Shown here: one piece after another, positions 20,243 through 30,600 of the stretch
How the letters are laid out: every line of letters begins with the position of its first letter
Position numbering within the stretch: position 1 is the first letter of the stretch
The notes under the pieces: model-generated
Database searches by the model: none
The model's input: only the letters and a program-made list of their open reading frames with translations
Told to the model about the DNA's origin: nothing
Virus record (IMG/VR): IMGVR_UViG_3300044259_000047
Location: 22,060-86,059 of that record
Strand: one strand, 5' to 3'
DNA length: 64,000 bases
Origin: a virus
Lineage: Duplodnaviria > Caudoviricetes
Position numbers and translations under genes: made by a program

Positions 20243-21129
20243 TTAGTTACTACCTTCTCAATAGCTTCAGCACGAACTTCTGTATACCAAGGGTTTTCTC
20301 TGAATCCGCCTGTAAACCGAAGGTCTACAATCTTATACCAACCTGTGATATAGGTATCTTCTAACTTCACAATATCACCAGCTACTAAATCTCCATTCAA
20401 TAGCATTGTCCACTGAACACCTTGCTTCTTCGCTTTGTCTTTCTTTGATCGTCTAATATCACCGTCTACACGGTAAGCATTATCAATTAAACCCGTATAC
20501 TTAGAAATAACATAAGCTTGTTCGAAGTTTTCAGTATTAGCCCTATCCCGCTGGTGAACATATAGAACATCATCATCTAGCTGCCAATCACAACCAAATT
20601 TCCTACAAAATTCATCTAGCATTTCTCTAGGAGTACCTGTTAAGGGATACCCATAGAGAATCTGATTATTCATATTAGTGCCGTTAAAAACCCCGCGTGA
20701 TGCTCCGATAGACTTTGCAAGCGTATCAGCAACTTCCCTATAAGTTTTACCTTCTGGAATTAACTGGCTTATAATTTTATGATTAAGTTCTGTGTAACCG
20801 CTACCCATTCTTATTTGAGTTACACGATCAGCACCTTGCTTCCTTGTTGACGCGAAGGTAACTTGTCCAGAGAAGATCCTTCTAATTCCAAGATCCACAT
20901 ATCCCGCACTGAAAACTGCTGTTTGGTAGTCCCCATCAAGCTTTTTGATTACATCATCAGGGAGATTATAAATCTCTATAGTTGCACTGTTTGTCTTATT
21001 CTTGTTACTACTAGATTTTGAGATATCAAAAGTAATGTGTCGATCATTAATTAGAACACCATCACCACTTTTGTAATCACCAATGATTAGTTCGTACTTC
21101 CTGTCTCTAATTAATAAATCTAAATTCAT
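20239..21129 (-). CDS. baseplate hub
   Basis: N.A.I.IYNL, AGY, IF.G motifs; synteny. Confidence 0.75.
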   Translation of the reverse strand: MNLDLLIRDRKYELIIGDYKSGDGVLINDRHITFDISKSSSNKNKTNSATIEIYNLPDDVIKKLDGDYQTAVFSAGYVDLGIRRIFSGQVTFASTRKQGADRVTQIRMGSGYTELNHKIISQLIPEGKTYREVADTLAKSIGASRGVFNGTNMNNQILYGYPLTGTPREMLDEFCRKFGCDWQLDDDVLYVHQRDRANTENFEQAYVISKYTGLIDNAYRVDGDIRRSKKDKAKKQGVQWTMLLNGDLVAGDIVKLEDTYITGWYKIVDLRFTGGFRENPWYTEVRAEAIEKVVTK

Positions 21130-21132
21130 AGT

Positions 21133-21468
21133 TTAATCTTCTGTTTCCCAAACATAGTAAAACAAGTAATACTGGTCAATCTTATCTGGATAAGTCTTGT
21201 ATGGTTCTGAAATAATTGTGCTTATTTCTTCCATCCAAAACCAGCCAGACAGATCTGGTAAAGCATATTCCCTAAACATGGGGTAAGAAGGAACTAATGC
21301 TTCGCCTGTGATTAATGGGTTTCGTTCAGCGTCATAAAGACTGAAAGTATATAACCCCATTCTTTCATTATATGTGAACTCTGGGATATATGAATTACCT
21401 TCCAGAGTAATCGAATAATCATAAAAGTTATCAGGATATAAGGGCAGACTAACATAATTTAAGGCCAT
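21133..21468 (-). CDS. baseplate protein
   Basis: Synteny; F.YNER motif. Confidence 0.65.
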   Translation of the reverse strand: MALNYVSLPLYPDNFYDYSITLEGNSYIPEFTYNERMGLYTFSLYDAERNPLITGEALVPSYPMFREYALPDLSGWFWMEEISTIISEPYKTYPDKIDQYYLFYYVWETED

Positions 21469-21469
21469 A

Positions 21470-22273
21470 TTATAACTCCGCTGCTACATCTGCCATTTTA
21501 TCTTTATTAGGACCAGTCTCCCCAGCAGGTGGTGCCTGAACATCTTTTTTAGTGCTGTCTTGTTTACCTTTGTTCTGCTTTTCTGAGGACTTACTTTTAA
21601 GAGAACTCACCACATCTTTAGGGATTGTGGTTTTCTTTAGGTAAGCAAAGGTAACTTGTTCAAACGTGATATCACAGAATAAAGCATTTCCGGTGTTAGC
21701 ATCTTCTCTGAATACTAGATTTGTGATAACTAATCGTGGGATGATTCTTTTTAAAAACTGATTAGTATATTCGTATAATTCAACAAGCTGAATAAAGCTA
21801 TCAAACTGGGCAGTCTTCTCATTGTATTTTACACCATTGAGAAGGTTAGTTAGAGCTTGACGAATCTGATCTGTTAAATCAGTCCTAGCAGTATCCATAC
21901 TTACTTCTGGAGTTGTATCTGGTAGAAACTGACCGAGAGAGTCTGGAATAAACTTCTTAAGGATACTTTTATCGGTAGATTGTACAGATACTGGCGTTGG
22001 AGCTATTCTTGTGTTGTATGGAAAAGTTCCATTACCGTCACTGATCAATCCTGTGTTTGTACTGATATCATCCGATGAGAAAACACCAGACAGAGTAAAC
22101 ACAGGATTTTGCTTAACGAAGTGATCCGTGATGGGAGAGCCGCCGTCTACAGGATGTTTACTGACTTGACCCGAGTAGTTCTGTGTGTAAACAGTTACAG
22201 CATCAAAAAACAACATACCAGAATAAGGATCGTTGTCAGAAGTTGTGTCTCCCCATTTAATAGCGAAAGTCAT
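21470..22273 (-). CDS. distal tail / tube-initiator-like protein
   Basis: HPVD.G..ITDH motif directly after the tape measure gene. Confidence 0.7.
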   Translation of the reverse strand: MTFAIKWGDTTSDNDPYSGMLFFDAVTVYTQNYSGQVSKHPVDGGSPITDHFVKQNPVFTLSGVFSSDDISTNTGLISDGNGTFPYNTRIAPTPVSVQSTDKSILKKFIPDSLGQFLPDTTPEVSMDTARTDLTDQIRQALTNLLNGVKYNEKTAQFDSFIQLVELYEYTNQFLKRIIPRLVITNLVFREDANTGNALFCDITFEQVTFAYLKKTTIPKDVVSSLKSKSSEKQNKGKQDSTKKDVQAPPAGETGPNKDKMADVAAEL

Positions 22274-22283
22274 CTTTTAATCC

Positions 22284-24260
22284 TTATCTGGTGTATTGTT
22301 GTAGAGTGTTTTCTAGCTCTGCTTTAAACTGCTTTTGGAACTTATCATTAAAATCATCAACTGTTGCAGCTTCAATGTTTACTTTAACTTCTGCTTTAAT
22401 GTCAAGAGAACCACCAGATCGCCCACCTGAAGGTACATATGGATTCAGGGATCTTGATCTTGCGTCAGATTGATCCATCGGAAAGATACCAACAGTTCCG
22501 TTAAAGTTATCTTTTCTACGGTTTGCGAATAACTGTGCTTGTCTTGTCTTTTCTCTGTTCATCCAATCCCAATCGGAGTCACCTGAACTAAAAGGTTGAC
22601 CGATTGTAGGAATTCTAGGGCCGTAGGGACCAACAGCATCAAGACCGGAGTTAATACCGCCGATAATGAGGTTTGCGCCTTTTCTGCCAGGAGCGGTTAT
22701 TGTATTACCATAGCCAGCTAAAGCAGATTGTGCAGCCGATTTAGCACCAGACATATCCCCCTCTATTAGAGAGTTTATAGCGTTAGCACCATTACCCACG
22801 ACTCTTAAAGAAGTAGTCAAAGCTTTTAAGGTTTCGCTAGAGTCCATCAAACCAAGCAATTGAACCCATTTATTATAAAGATTTCCAGTTAAGGTGCCAA
22901 GTTCAGAGATAGTTGATTTGAAAGTTTCTAAGAATTCAAAGGCTTTTGTCTTTGCTTCTTCTGTTGGGAAGAGCTTATCACCGAGGTAACTATCTTTACC
23001 TTCAAAGAATCTTTGCAATGACTGGAAAGAAAGAAGAGCATAGGAAACGTATTTAGTTACATCATCAAAACCACGAGCCAGCTTCTCAACCATAGGACCA
23101 GATTCAGACAGACCAGCGTTCAGTGTTCTAAACAGTCTAGCAAAACCTGATTCAACACCGCTATCAGAGGCGATTCTAGCTAAATCTGTATAAGCATTTT
23201 GGAACCTAGCTTGTTCTGCTTGGGAGGCCTTGCCAGCAGCCGTCAGACCAGGTTCAGCCCTTTTACTTGCAACAGTCCCGGCATATGTTAGGATATCACC
23301 TTTGACTTGTCCTTTCTTCATTGCATCTAGTAATTCGGTAATAGCCTCTTGACCCGTCTTACCCCCGCCCTTACCTTCAGCTTTTAACTTGGCTTGGTAC
23401 GCTTCTGCAAAGATACTTACAGCACCTGGCATCGATTCTGCTAGCTGGCCGACCAATTCTTCAGATTGAAGTTTATTTTTACCAGCTACCTGGCTTAACG
23501 CCCTGAAAACACGCTGTTGTTGAGTCCGATCTAGTTTATTAACTCGTGCATATTCAGAGAAACCTTTAAAAACATCTTGTCCTTGTGCCACACTCATTCC
23601 AGCACCAGTCAAACCAGATAGGAGTCTATTGTAATCTGGAGCAGCGTCAAGATAGTTAAAACCTACTCTATTCGCTTGGTAACGAAGCCAATCAAAAGCT
23701 TGTTGACCTTGTTGCGGATTTCCTGTTGCTTGTCCTACAACAGCATTCGTTTGAAGTTGTGCAGATACGATTTGCTGGTTTCTGTTATTCAGTGCCGCCA
23801 GTCCGTATCCACCACCTGCCAATGCTAATGCTGGGAGATAGGCTCTAGCTACTAAACCACCAATACCACCAGCAGCTAGATGGCTACCCCTTATACCACC
23901 ACCTCCGCTTGTAGCGTTCACATGTGTGTTCGGTCGAAGAGTTGCTGAACGACTTGCCACACGAACAGCTTGTTGCATTGCTGATGTAAGTGATCTGTTG
24001 AGGTGACTTTGATCAATAGCAAAATTACTGATTTGAAAAACTGTACGTCTGGATGCCAAGTCCAGCGCATTACCCAAAACCCTATTCAGTCTATTCTGAT
24101 CTACAGTGAAGGATGAAATATTGAGTTTTAAGCTTTTGTCTAACCTCTTACCAAAAGTTTGAAGCTTTCTTTCAAGGTTTTTTAGAGTGGCGTCAAGTTT
24201 TCTTAATTCCCTTTGATCTACTCTAAAAGAGATGTCAACTGTGTATTTAGATATATTCAA
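22284..24260 (-). CDS. tape measure protein
   Basis: ALSQ..GK.KLQSEEL.GQLAE..PGA tape-measure domain; Ala/Gly-rich. Confidence 0.88.
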   Translation of the reverse strand: MNISKYTVDISFRVDQRELRKLDATLKNLERKLQTFGKRLDKSLKLNISSFTVDQNRLNRVLGNALDLASRRTVFQISNFAIDQSHLNRSLTSAMQQAVRVASRSATLRPNTHVNATSGGGGIRGSHLAAGGIGGLVARAYLPALALAGGGYGLAALNNRNQQIVSAQLQTNAVVGQATGNPQQGQQAFDWLRYQANRVGFNYLDAAPDYNRLLSGLTGAGMSVAQGQDVFKGFSEYARVNKLDRTQQQRVFRALSQVAGKNKLQSEELVGQLAESMPGAVSIFAEAYQAKLKAEGKGGGKTGQEAITELLDAMKKGQVKGDILTYAGTVASKRAEPGLTAAGKASQAEQARFQNAYTDLARIASDSGVESGFARLFRTLNAGLSESGPMVEKLARGFDDVTKYVSYALLSFQSLQRFFEGKDSYLGDKLFPTEEAKTKAFEFLETFKSTISELGTLTGNLYNKWVQLLGLMDSSETLKALTTSLRVVGNGANAINSLIEGDMSGAKSAAQSALAGYGNTITAPGRKGANLIIGGINSGLDAVGPYGPRIPTIGQPFSSGDSDWDWMNREKTRQAQLFANRRKDNFNGTVGIFPMDQSDARSRSLNPYVPSGGRSGGSLDIKAEVKVNIEAATVDDFNDKFQKQFKAELENTLQQYTR

Positions 24261-24272
24261 GAAAACACCTCT

Positions 24273-24844
24273 TTATTGTTTTGTATTTTTAGCTTTCTCT
24301 ATTGCCTTTTCTTTGACTGCGTCGTAAGCTTCAACCATTTCATACATATCTAGAAGGTCCTTATATGTATATTCAGTTTTAAATTTAGGGAGCATATCTA
24401 AACCACCCAACTCAGGATGGGTTACTACACTATAAATAAGCCAACTCTGGGAAAACCTATCAGTCAAGTCTTTTTCAAAGGCTGACATGTATTTCTGCGA
24501 TTCAGGCTTTATTCTTCTGAATCGCTTTCCTGAAAATCGTCAGAGAAGTTATACTCCAACACAGCAGTAAAGAGGCGTTGAAGATGAGCAATCTTTCTGG
24601 CAAAGATCACATCAAAATTATTGTCATCGATAGCTGTACCATCCTCTTGGCACACATACTTACCGACTGTTTTCTTAATAACAGCTAGGTCAACTTTTAC
24701 TTTACCTTGCGCAGCTTCAACTTCACTTTGAAGATGTTTCTCCATGAAATCCAAAGCTTCAGTTGCACTCATCGCAGTTACTTTATATTTGATTCCATCC
24801 ACATCAAGAACTTCTTGGGGAAGGAATATAGGTTTCTTAGCCAT
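24273..24844 (-). CDS. tail assembly chaperones G (24509-24844) and GT (-1 frameshift, ending 24273)
   Basis: Position between tube and tape measure genes; T_TTT_C slip site and downstream 9-bp hairpin. Confidence 0.75.
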
Positions 24845-24856
24845 TTTATTTCCTAG

Positions 24857-25354
24857 TTAAAGAATGTTTGAAACAAAGTTAGTTGCACTATTCAAGGCGT
24901 TGTCGAATATACTAGTCACTGGTTTACTGTTACCACCAACTACGAAAGTTTCAGTTGTTTGGCAATAAATCTCCCAAGATCTATATTCAGCAGATGCTGA
25001 GAATACAGTTTCAGGATAAGATCTAATATAAGCTTCGTTTGAAGTAAACAAAGATCTACCACTATTATCCTTGAGGGTCAATACGATTCTTCCAGTGCCT
25101 TGTTCAAGATCTAATTCGTGAATATAGGATAAGACATCATTAGAATCACTTGTCATCAGAATTGGAATCGTGATGATTGCAGAACTCTTTGTGTTTCTTG
25201 ATCTTGTATCTTTACCTCTAATACCTTGAATAGTTTGGAATCCTGCAACTGTCCTACTAATACTAATACTCTCCCATCCTGCAATAGGATATCCACCAAC
25301 AATCAGCTTAACGTCAGTTGGTGAATAAGTCTGTACAGAAAATCCATTAACCAT
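24857..25354 (-). CDS. tail tube-like protein 3
   Basis: TYSP..V, LKDNSGR, AF/YI...P, R.W.I shared with 25897-26427. Confidence 0.7.
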   Translation of the reverse strand: MVNGFSVQTYSPTDVKLIVGGYPIAGWESISISRTVAGFQTIQGIRGKDTRSRNTKSSAIITIPILMTSDSNDVLSYIHELDLEQGTGRIVLTLKDNSGRSLFTSNEAYIRSYPETVFSASAEYRSWEIYCQTTETFVVGGNSKPVTSIFDNALNSATNFVSNIL

Positions 25355-25857
25355 TATAGAATTCCCTCAAGAGCAGGAAGAGCACCAGAAGCTATATTAA
25401 TCAAGTCTTGGATAATTCCAGATTCTCCAGAATTACCGCCAATATTGATTACAGCTTGTGATGAACGCAATACCCATGTCCTTGGTTCAAATCCGTTACT
25501 CTTCATTAAAGCAGGAACAGTTTCAATCCACGTGTTAGTGGAGAAGAATAAATCGCTGCCACTACCGTCTTTGATAAACAAAGGGAATTTGCCTTTTTGA
25601 CTTATTTCATCTAATTGCCAGAATTTAGTAAGAACATCGTTTGATTGACTTCCACTATACAATGTGATATTGATTGTATAAGTCTGATCATTATGATAGA
25701 TTCTTGAAACAACACCATCTGTACTTCTTACAGATGTAAATGGCATTAGATCCTTTGTAATCTCAATAAAAGTTCCATCTACAAAGCCGTCAATCGGTAA
25801 GATTCCACCAATAAGGCAAACCACCTCTTCAGGAATATAGGTTGCAAGATTTGTCAT
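25354..25857 (-). CDS. tail tube-like protein 2
   Basis: TY.PEEV, GF.DGTFI.I, S.SNDV, KD.SG. Confidence 0.72.
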   Translation of the reverse strand: MTNLATYIPEEVVCLIGGILPIDGFVDGTFIEITKDLMPFTSVRSTDGVVSRIYHNDQTYTINITLYSGSQSNDVLTKFWQLDEISQKGKFPLFIKDGSGSDLFFSTNTWIETVPALMKSNGFEPRTWVLRSSQAVINIGGNSGESGIIQDLINIASGALPALEGIL

Positions 25858-25866
25858 TGTATATTC

Positions 25867-25893
25867 CTTTTAAAAGAGGGCTGTGAAGCCCTC
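25867..25893 (-). terminator. intrinsic terminator after the major tube gene
   Basis: GAGGGC-TTCACA-GCCCTC-TTTT on the - strand. Confidence 0.75.
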
Positions 25894-25896
25894 ATA

Positions 25897-26427
25897 TTAA
25901 CCGTTAATTCTCCAACGAGACGGCACTTCATAATCAAGCGCGGCAAGTGTAGAAACTGTTTCATCAGAAAGTTTAGCGTTACCGCCGTAGTGCGGGGTAA
26001 GACTAACAGCGCTAATTTGCCAATTGCGAGTGCCCATGGTAGTATCAAAACTAACGTCTGGAGTAGTAGCAACAAACGCTTGATTACTTGATGCTACAGT
26101 ACGTCCGCTATTGTCTTTAATTGTTAGAGCAAAAACGTATGAGTCTGTAGCGTCCGCTTCGTCAAGAGATTGGATGCGTTGAAAAACATCATTACTTGCT
26201 GAATATTGAGCAAGAGTGATATCAATTGTTGAAGCTTTGTTACGTCTCTTAGTACGACCAGCACTCAAGTCTGCACCTACATACAATTCACTTGCAGGGG
26301 TAATTCTTGAAATGTTAATAAACGTACCATCAGCAAATCCAGATACAACGTGTACTTGATCGGCAACAGAGATTACTACTTGAATTTCTTCTGGGCTGTA
26401 TGTACCCAGTACTGAATCATCAGCCAT
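25897..26427 (-). CDS. major tail tube protein (DUF3277-like)
   Basis: Follows the sheath gene; GFADGTFI, IKD.SG, R.WQI. Confidence 0.8.
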   Translation of the reverse strand: MADDSVLGTYSPEEIQVVISVADQVHVVSGFADGTFINISRITPASELYVGADLSAGRTKRRNKASTIDITLAQYSASNDVFQRIQSLDEADATDSYVFALTIKDNSGRTVASSNQAFVATTPDVSFDTTMGTRNWQISAVSLTPHYGGNAKLSDETVSTLAALDYEVPSRWRING

Positions 26428-26453
26428 ATTATATACCTTTTGTTGACGTCAAA

Positions 26454-27746
26454 TTACACACTTAGATAGCCCTGGATTACCACCTTTCTGACACTGGCAG
26501 CGAACCTTGCACGGAATACAAAAGTGCCCGCAATACGCTGTGCTCTTTGGTTAGCAGGAATTGACAGGACATCAGGGGCAGTAACGCTCCATCCGGTATC
26601 AATCAGGCCATTGGCTTCAGCTTGAGCAAGTACAGAGCGAATCTCACCCTCAATGATAGTCATACCCACGTTAGTCATTGGGATTTTGAGGCTATTAATC
26701 AAACGGAAATAGATGGCTTCTTGTAGACGAGCATAAAGCCAGTCTTCACCTACAACGAGGTCGATAGGCTGACCATCGAACATATTACCATTCATGAAAA
26801 TATCTACACCACCTTTGGCGATGTAATAGTTCCAGTTCTTATTCTTAAGATTGGTAATCTGTGTTGGACTAAGGGCGCTGCGAGTTGCACCTACACCACG
26901 CTTAAAGTCCCAATCATTAGAGCCTGGGGTTACTGCAAGTTGGCTACCTGCCCACACAGCTTCTGGATATTCGGTTGCAGCAGTTGCTGACCAAACACCA
27001 AAGGTGCGGCCCTCATTACGTGCCGAAAGAATTGCACCAATGTCAGTAGTTGCGGTAGTAGGACCAGCAGAATCAGAGCTTGAAATGCCAAAGATCTTGC
27101 GTCGTGCTCTAATAGCCTCAGCCAATTCATCTTGTACAGCAGAGGTTTGATTTGGGGTGAACAAAGCATACCAAGTGTCGTTTTCTACCTCAACAGCAGC
27201 CAAGGCATCGGTCCACTCTTCGGCGGATGGAGTATCTACCTTAGTCAGGTTACTCGATACTGTGATGCTCCAAGGAGTTCCTACTACAGTCGGGGCTACC
27301 GTTAGCGTACCGGTGTTATCCGTTACTGTAATACCTGTAGGCGTACCTATAGCAGTGTCTAGGCCAGCCGTAATCTCAGCAGCAGTTGCAGTACCGTCTG
27401 AGGTGAAGGTATAAGGCGTGTCATTGATTGTTACTGTATATACTGTGTTATTAGCAACGACAGGAGTAAGCGTAACAGAGTCAATTTGCTTTCGACCTAC
27501 AACAATTGAAGGGGGAACAGCACCCAATACAGTAGATTGACCGAACAATTGTTCAGCCATCTCGTGTACAGGATCACCTTCGTTAAAATCTACTTCAACA
27601 TCTGTGATGTTGTTATATGTACGAGTTCTTTCTGAGAAATTTGTAAACTCAGCCAAGATCAAAGGAATTTCAAAAGAGGCAGAAGAAACTGCAACTGATT
27701 CCCGTGTCAAGGTAATTTGAATAATATCTGAAAGGTCTTCAGCCAT
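26454..27746 (-). CDS. tail sheath protein (DUF3383-like)
   Basis: PGS..W.FK, ID...G.DWL.ARLQE, KIP.T..G. Confidence 0.88.
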   Translation of the reverse strand: MAEDLSDIIQITLTRESVAVSSASFEIPLILAEFTNFSERTRTYNNITDVEVDFNEGDPVHEMAEQLFGQSTVLGAVPPSIVVGRKQIDSVTLTPVVANNTVYTVTINDTPYTFTSDGTATAAEITAGLDTAIGTPTGITVTDNTGTLTVAPTVVGTPWSITVSSNLTKVDTPSAEEWTDALAAVEVENDTWYALFTPNQTSAVQDELAEAIRARRKIFGISSSDSAGPTTATTDIGAILSARNEGRTFGVWSATAATEYPEAVWAGSQLAVTPGSNDWDFKRGVGATRSALSPTQITNLKNKNWNYYIAKGGVDIFMNGNMFDGQPIDLVVGEDWLYARLQEAIYFRLINSLKIPMTNVGMTIIEGEIRSVLAQAEANGLIDTGWSVTAPDVLSIPANQRAQRIAGTFVFRARFAASVRKVVIQGYLSV

Positions 27747-27765
27747 TCTCTAGCTTCCTTTGTTA

Positions 27766-28323
27766 TTATGGAATTGGGACGTTTGGTGGAACAGTGAATG
27801 TTTGACTTGGGTCTTGTGTTTGGTCTTCAACAATAACAGTTTCCACGTAATCTACAGGTTGTTGTGTATTAACCACATAAGAGAAGATGAAATCTTGGTT
27901 AAAGTATTCAACCCATTGTGTATCTCGTTTCTGTGGTGCTCTTCTAAGATTAGATTTTCTCATATAACCAAGCCCCTCTTTCCTGAGAGCTTCCATTATA
28001 ATCGGATTACCATTTAATCTTTGAGTAAAGCTTTGTGCCATATCTCCAGCAGTAGATCCACAGAAGCTAAATTGTACTGTAACTTCATAAGATGCTTGAA
28101 CACTTACATTTAAAGACGCGTCAAGAAGGCCCGAGGTTTGTGATCTACCTGTTTGCTGTATTCCTAATATATTGATTACAACAAAAGGCGTTGAAGGCTC
28201 ACTTCCTCCAGTGTGCGAGAAGAAGATTCCTTTATTTTGTTCTACGCTGGTTGGGAAGTATTCTATAAGAGCTTGACTTGCTGTTCTAAAAAGAGATTTC
28301 CTAACTGTACTATACGCTACCAT
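27766..28323 (-). CDS. tail terminator / completion protein
   Basis: Synteny upstream of the sheath gene. Confidence 0.65.
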   Translation of the reverse strand: MVAYSTVRKSLFRTASQALIEYFPTSVEQNKGIFFSHTGGSEPSTPFVVINILGIQQTGRSQTSGLLDASLNVSVQASYEVTVQFSFCGSTAGDMAQSFTQRLNGNPIIMEALRKEGLGYMRKSNLRRAPQKRDTQWVEYFNQDFIFSYVVNTQQPVDYVETVIVEDQTQDPSQTFTVPPNVPIP

Positions 28324-28799
28324 CAGTCATCCCCTCTTTCTACTTTAAAGTCTACAGATTCAAGCATCTTACCTGTGTCAATCAATGGGTCGTTGAAACC
28401 TTTTTCAGCAACAGTTCTTGCGCTGTTTGGTGGAGTATCCCAACCAATGATTTCGTTTTGTAATCCTTTAACAAGAACTGGACCCATCTTTGTGTATGCT
28501 TGTTTGAATGTAGATTTACCTTCTAAAATAGAAGTGATTGCATTCTGGAACAAAGGGACGTACTCAGCAGTTCTAAGTCTTGGCAGGAAGCCAACGCGGA
28601 TAAAGGGCCTTGGTGGATATTTCACAGGATCGCCTTCTTCCATAAATCTGGCCACCGTAGCTACAGGTAAGTTATCATTTTCAGAACTATATCTAGCATC
28701 TTCAAAGAAGCCTATTTTTAAAGATTCTTGATTGGCTTGCAGAAGATTCTTCTTGACCTTTTCCCAACCAGATTTGTCTACTGTGATTTTAACTGACAT
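28323..28799 (-). CDS. neck / tail completion protein
   Basis: PPRPF, PPN...T...KG.NDPLIDTG. Confidence 0.75.
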   Translation of the reverse strand: MSVKITVDKSGWEKVKKNLLQANQESLKIGFFEDARYSSENDNLPVATVARFMEEGDPVKYPPRPFIRVGFLPRLRTAEYVPLFQNAITSILEGKSTFKQAYTKMGPVLVKGLQNEIIGWDTPPNSARTVAEKGFNDPLIDTGKMLESVDFKVERGDD

Positions 28800-28809
28800 A
28801 AGACATTCC

Positions 28810-29178
28810 TTAGTTTGGGGTAAGTGGGATACGAGCGGCCTTAGCTTCCCAGTGATCACGTACCGACATTTGGTATCTTTGCGTCTTCATGACACGGTAT
28901 CTCTCATCATTCCAGATAAATTCATCAGCAGCCCAACCACCAGAACCTTCTTTTAAAGTTCTCATCTCCGAACTACTAAATACCCATACCCATTGCTTTG
29001 TTCTGTCTGCTTCGGGCATTATCATATATTCATAGTCACGTAGTGGCTGAACATTAGCTAGAATATCTACTGTAACTTCTGCACCTTCAACCCAATCCCC
29101 TTCAACAAAAGAACCCGGAGACTGTCGATAAAGGGTTAATGGGGTTTTTCTAACAAGACTAAATTCAGCAATAGACAT
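28810..29178 (-). CDS. head closure protein
   Basis: G.WVEG, ANVQP, AD...W....Y.V. Confidence 0.7.
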   Translation of the reverse strand: MSIAEFSLVRKTPLTLYRQSPGSFVEGDWVEGAEVTVDILANVQPLRDYEYMIMPEADRTKQWVWVFSSSEMRTLKEGSGGWAADEFIWNDERYRVMKTQRYQMSVRDHWEAKAARIPLTPN

Positions 29179-29180
29179 AC

Positions 29181-29624
29181 TTAAAACCCTTCGTAGTAGT
29201 TTATCGCTTCATCATCAGTGCAGTTATCGTGATTATAGGGGCGTTTACCGTCTCCAAAACCTTGGTATATCTTAGCCTGATTGTTGTCGTTGTTTGCATC
29301 GTTCGCCTGCATATCTGACTTACTGATACCACCAGCATATGCAATTGCAGAAGGAACGTTAAAGTTAGGATCATTCAAAAACGCTTCAAGTGCCTTTCGA
29401 TAAGCGTTAGCCCAGTCGTTCCATACTTCATAATTACCTGCCCGTTCGCGGGTTGGCCAACGTGCTAAATAGAACAGGATTGCTCTTGCTGCATCTAATG
29501 ATGCTCGTCTTACATTACCTTCATATTTATCAAGAAAGTATTGATAATCTGCATCTGTGAGAATTTCAGGATCCCCAAAATCGCCAACCGCTAATCTAAT
29601 AGCTTCAATATCAGATAGTGCCAC
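29181..29624 (-). CDS. head-tail adaptor
   Basis: GTG start after GGAGG; IRL.VGD...L.D..Y.Y.L, YAGGISK.DM. Confidence 0.75.
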   Translation of the reverse strand: MALSDIEAIRLAVGDFGDPEILTDADYQYFLDKYEGNVRRASLDAARAILFYLARWPTRERAGNYEVWNDWANAYRKALEAFLNDPNFNVPSAIAYAGGISKSDMQANDANNDNNQAKIYQGFGDGKRPYNHDNCTDDEAINYYEGF

Positions 29625-30600
29625 TGTATACCTCCATATAAACTTTATATTTTCGTGGAAGTACCGAAGTCGCACCGCCATAGAGATTTTCTAAGATATG
29701 GGACGTGGGTTTTCTACTGCTTAAATTTACAGTATAGATTCCTTTACCATTTACTCTAACTGATGGGATATAGTCTGGATACACTTTCTGGCAGTAAGTT
29801 GAAAAATCCTCACACAGTTCCTTACTTCCGCAAATAGTTATTCCATATCTGCCTTCACCCGACAATATATGCCCATCTCCTTCAAAAACACCTCGCCAAA
29901 AATGAGGACTATTTTTAAGAGAGTCAGGAACAACTTCTTTTAAGGATTTGTTTGGTTTTAATCCTAAATGTAAGAGTCTTTCTATTAGTTCAGGTGCCGT
30001 GAAGGTGTACGCACAGGTTTTGTAGATATTCCCGGTCCTTGTGTCCTTTCTATTCCTAATGTAGATGCTTGATGTATTTCCGATATACTCCCTAAGGCGC
30101 TCAAGGATAACTACATCTCTACAAGATAACTCAATACCAACACGATAAGTTTCGTTACTTGTCTTAGTTATATATCCATCAGTTAATAACCACCCATAAA
30201 AATAAGCAGCAAGTTCTGATTCCATATCTAAAAATGCTTTTTCATTATATTTAGAATAGTCTTCAACACTTCTTACTGATACATCTTTGGATCTTAAAAT
30301 TCTGAGTATGGTATCTGGAGAGCAATTATACTCCTTGGATAATTCATTAGAAGAGATACCAAGAAGATATTTAAAGCAGATGTCTTCAATTTGGACAGTA
30401 TCAAACAAGAAACTGGTCGGTCTTTTAAATGAGTATCCAAGTTTCCTCATTCTAGCTGAAATTGTACTAGCTTTTATCTCTAAAAGTTCAGCTATCTTTT
30501 TTAAAGGTAATCCATCAACCTCATGAAGATTTCTTACTACAGTAGAGAAATCTTTGTCTGCGTTATATCTTACTTCATCAATAGGGGTGCTAATAGCCAT
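29611..30600 (-). CDS. free-standing LAGLIDADG homing endonuclease with N-terminal HTH domains
   Basis: YFYGWLLTDG and FWRGVFEGDG dodecapeptide motifs. Confidence 0.85.
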   Translation of the reverse strand: MAISTPIDEVRYNADKDFSTVVRNLHEVDGLPLKKIAELLEIKASTISARMRKLGYSFKRPTSFLFDTVQIEDICFKYLLGISSNELSKEYNCSPDTILRILRSKDVSVRSVEDYSKYNEKAFLDMESELAAYFYGWLLTDGYITKTSNETYRVGIELSCRDVVILERLREYIGNTSSIYIRNRKDTRTGNIYKTCAYTFTAPELIERLLHLGLKPNKSLKEVVPDSLKNSPHFWRGVFEGDGHILSGEGRYGITICGSKELCEDFSTYCQKVYPDYIPSVRVNGKGIYTVNLSSRKPTSHILENLYGGATSVLPRKYKVYMEVYSGTI

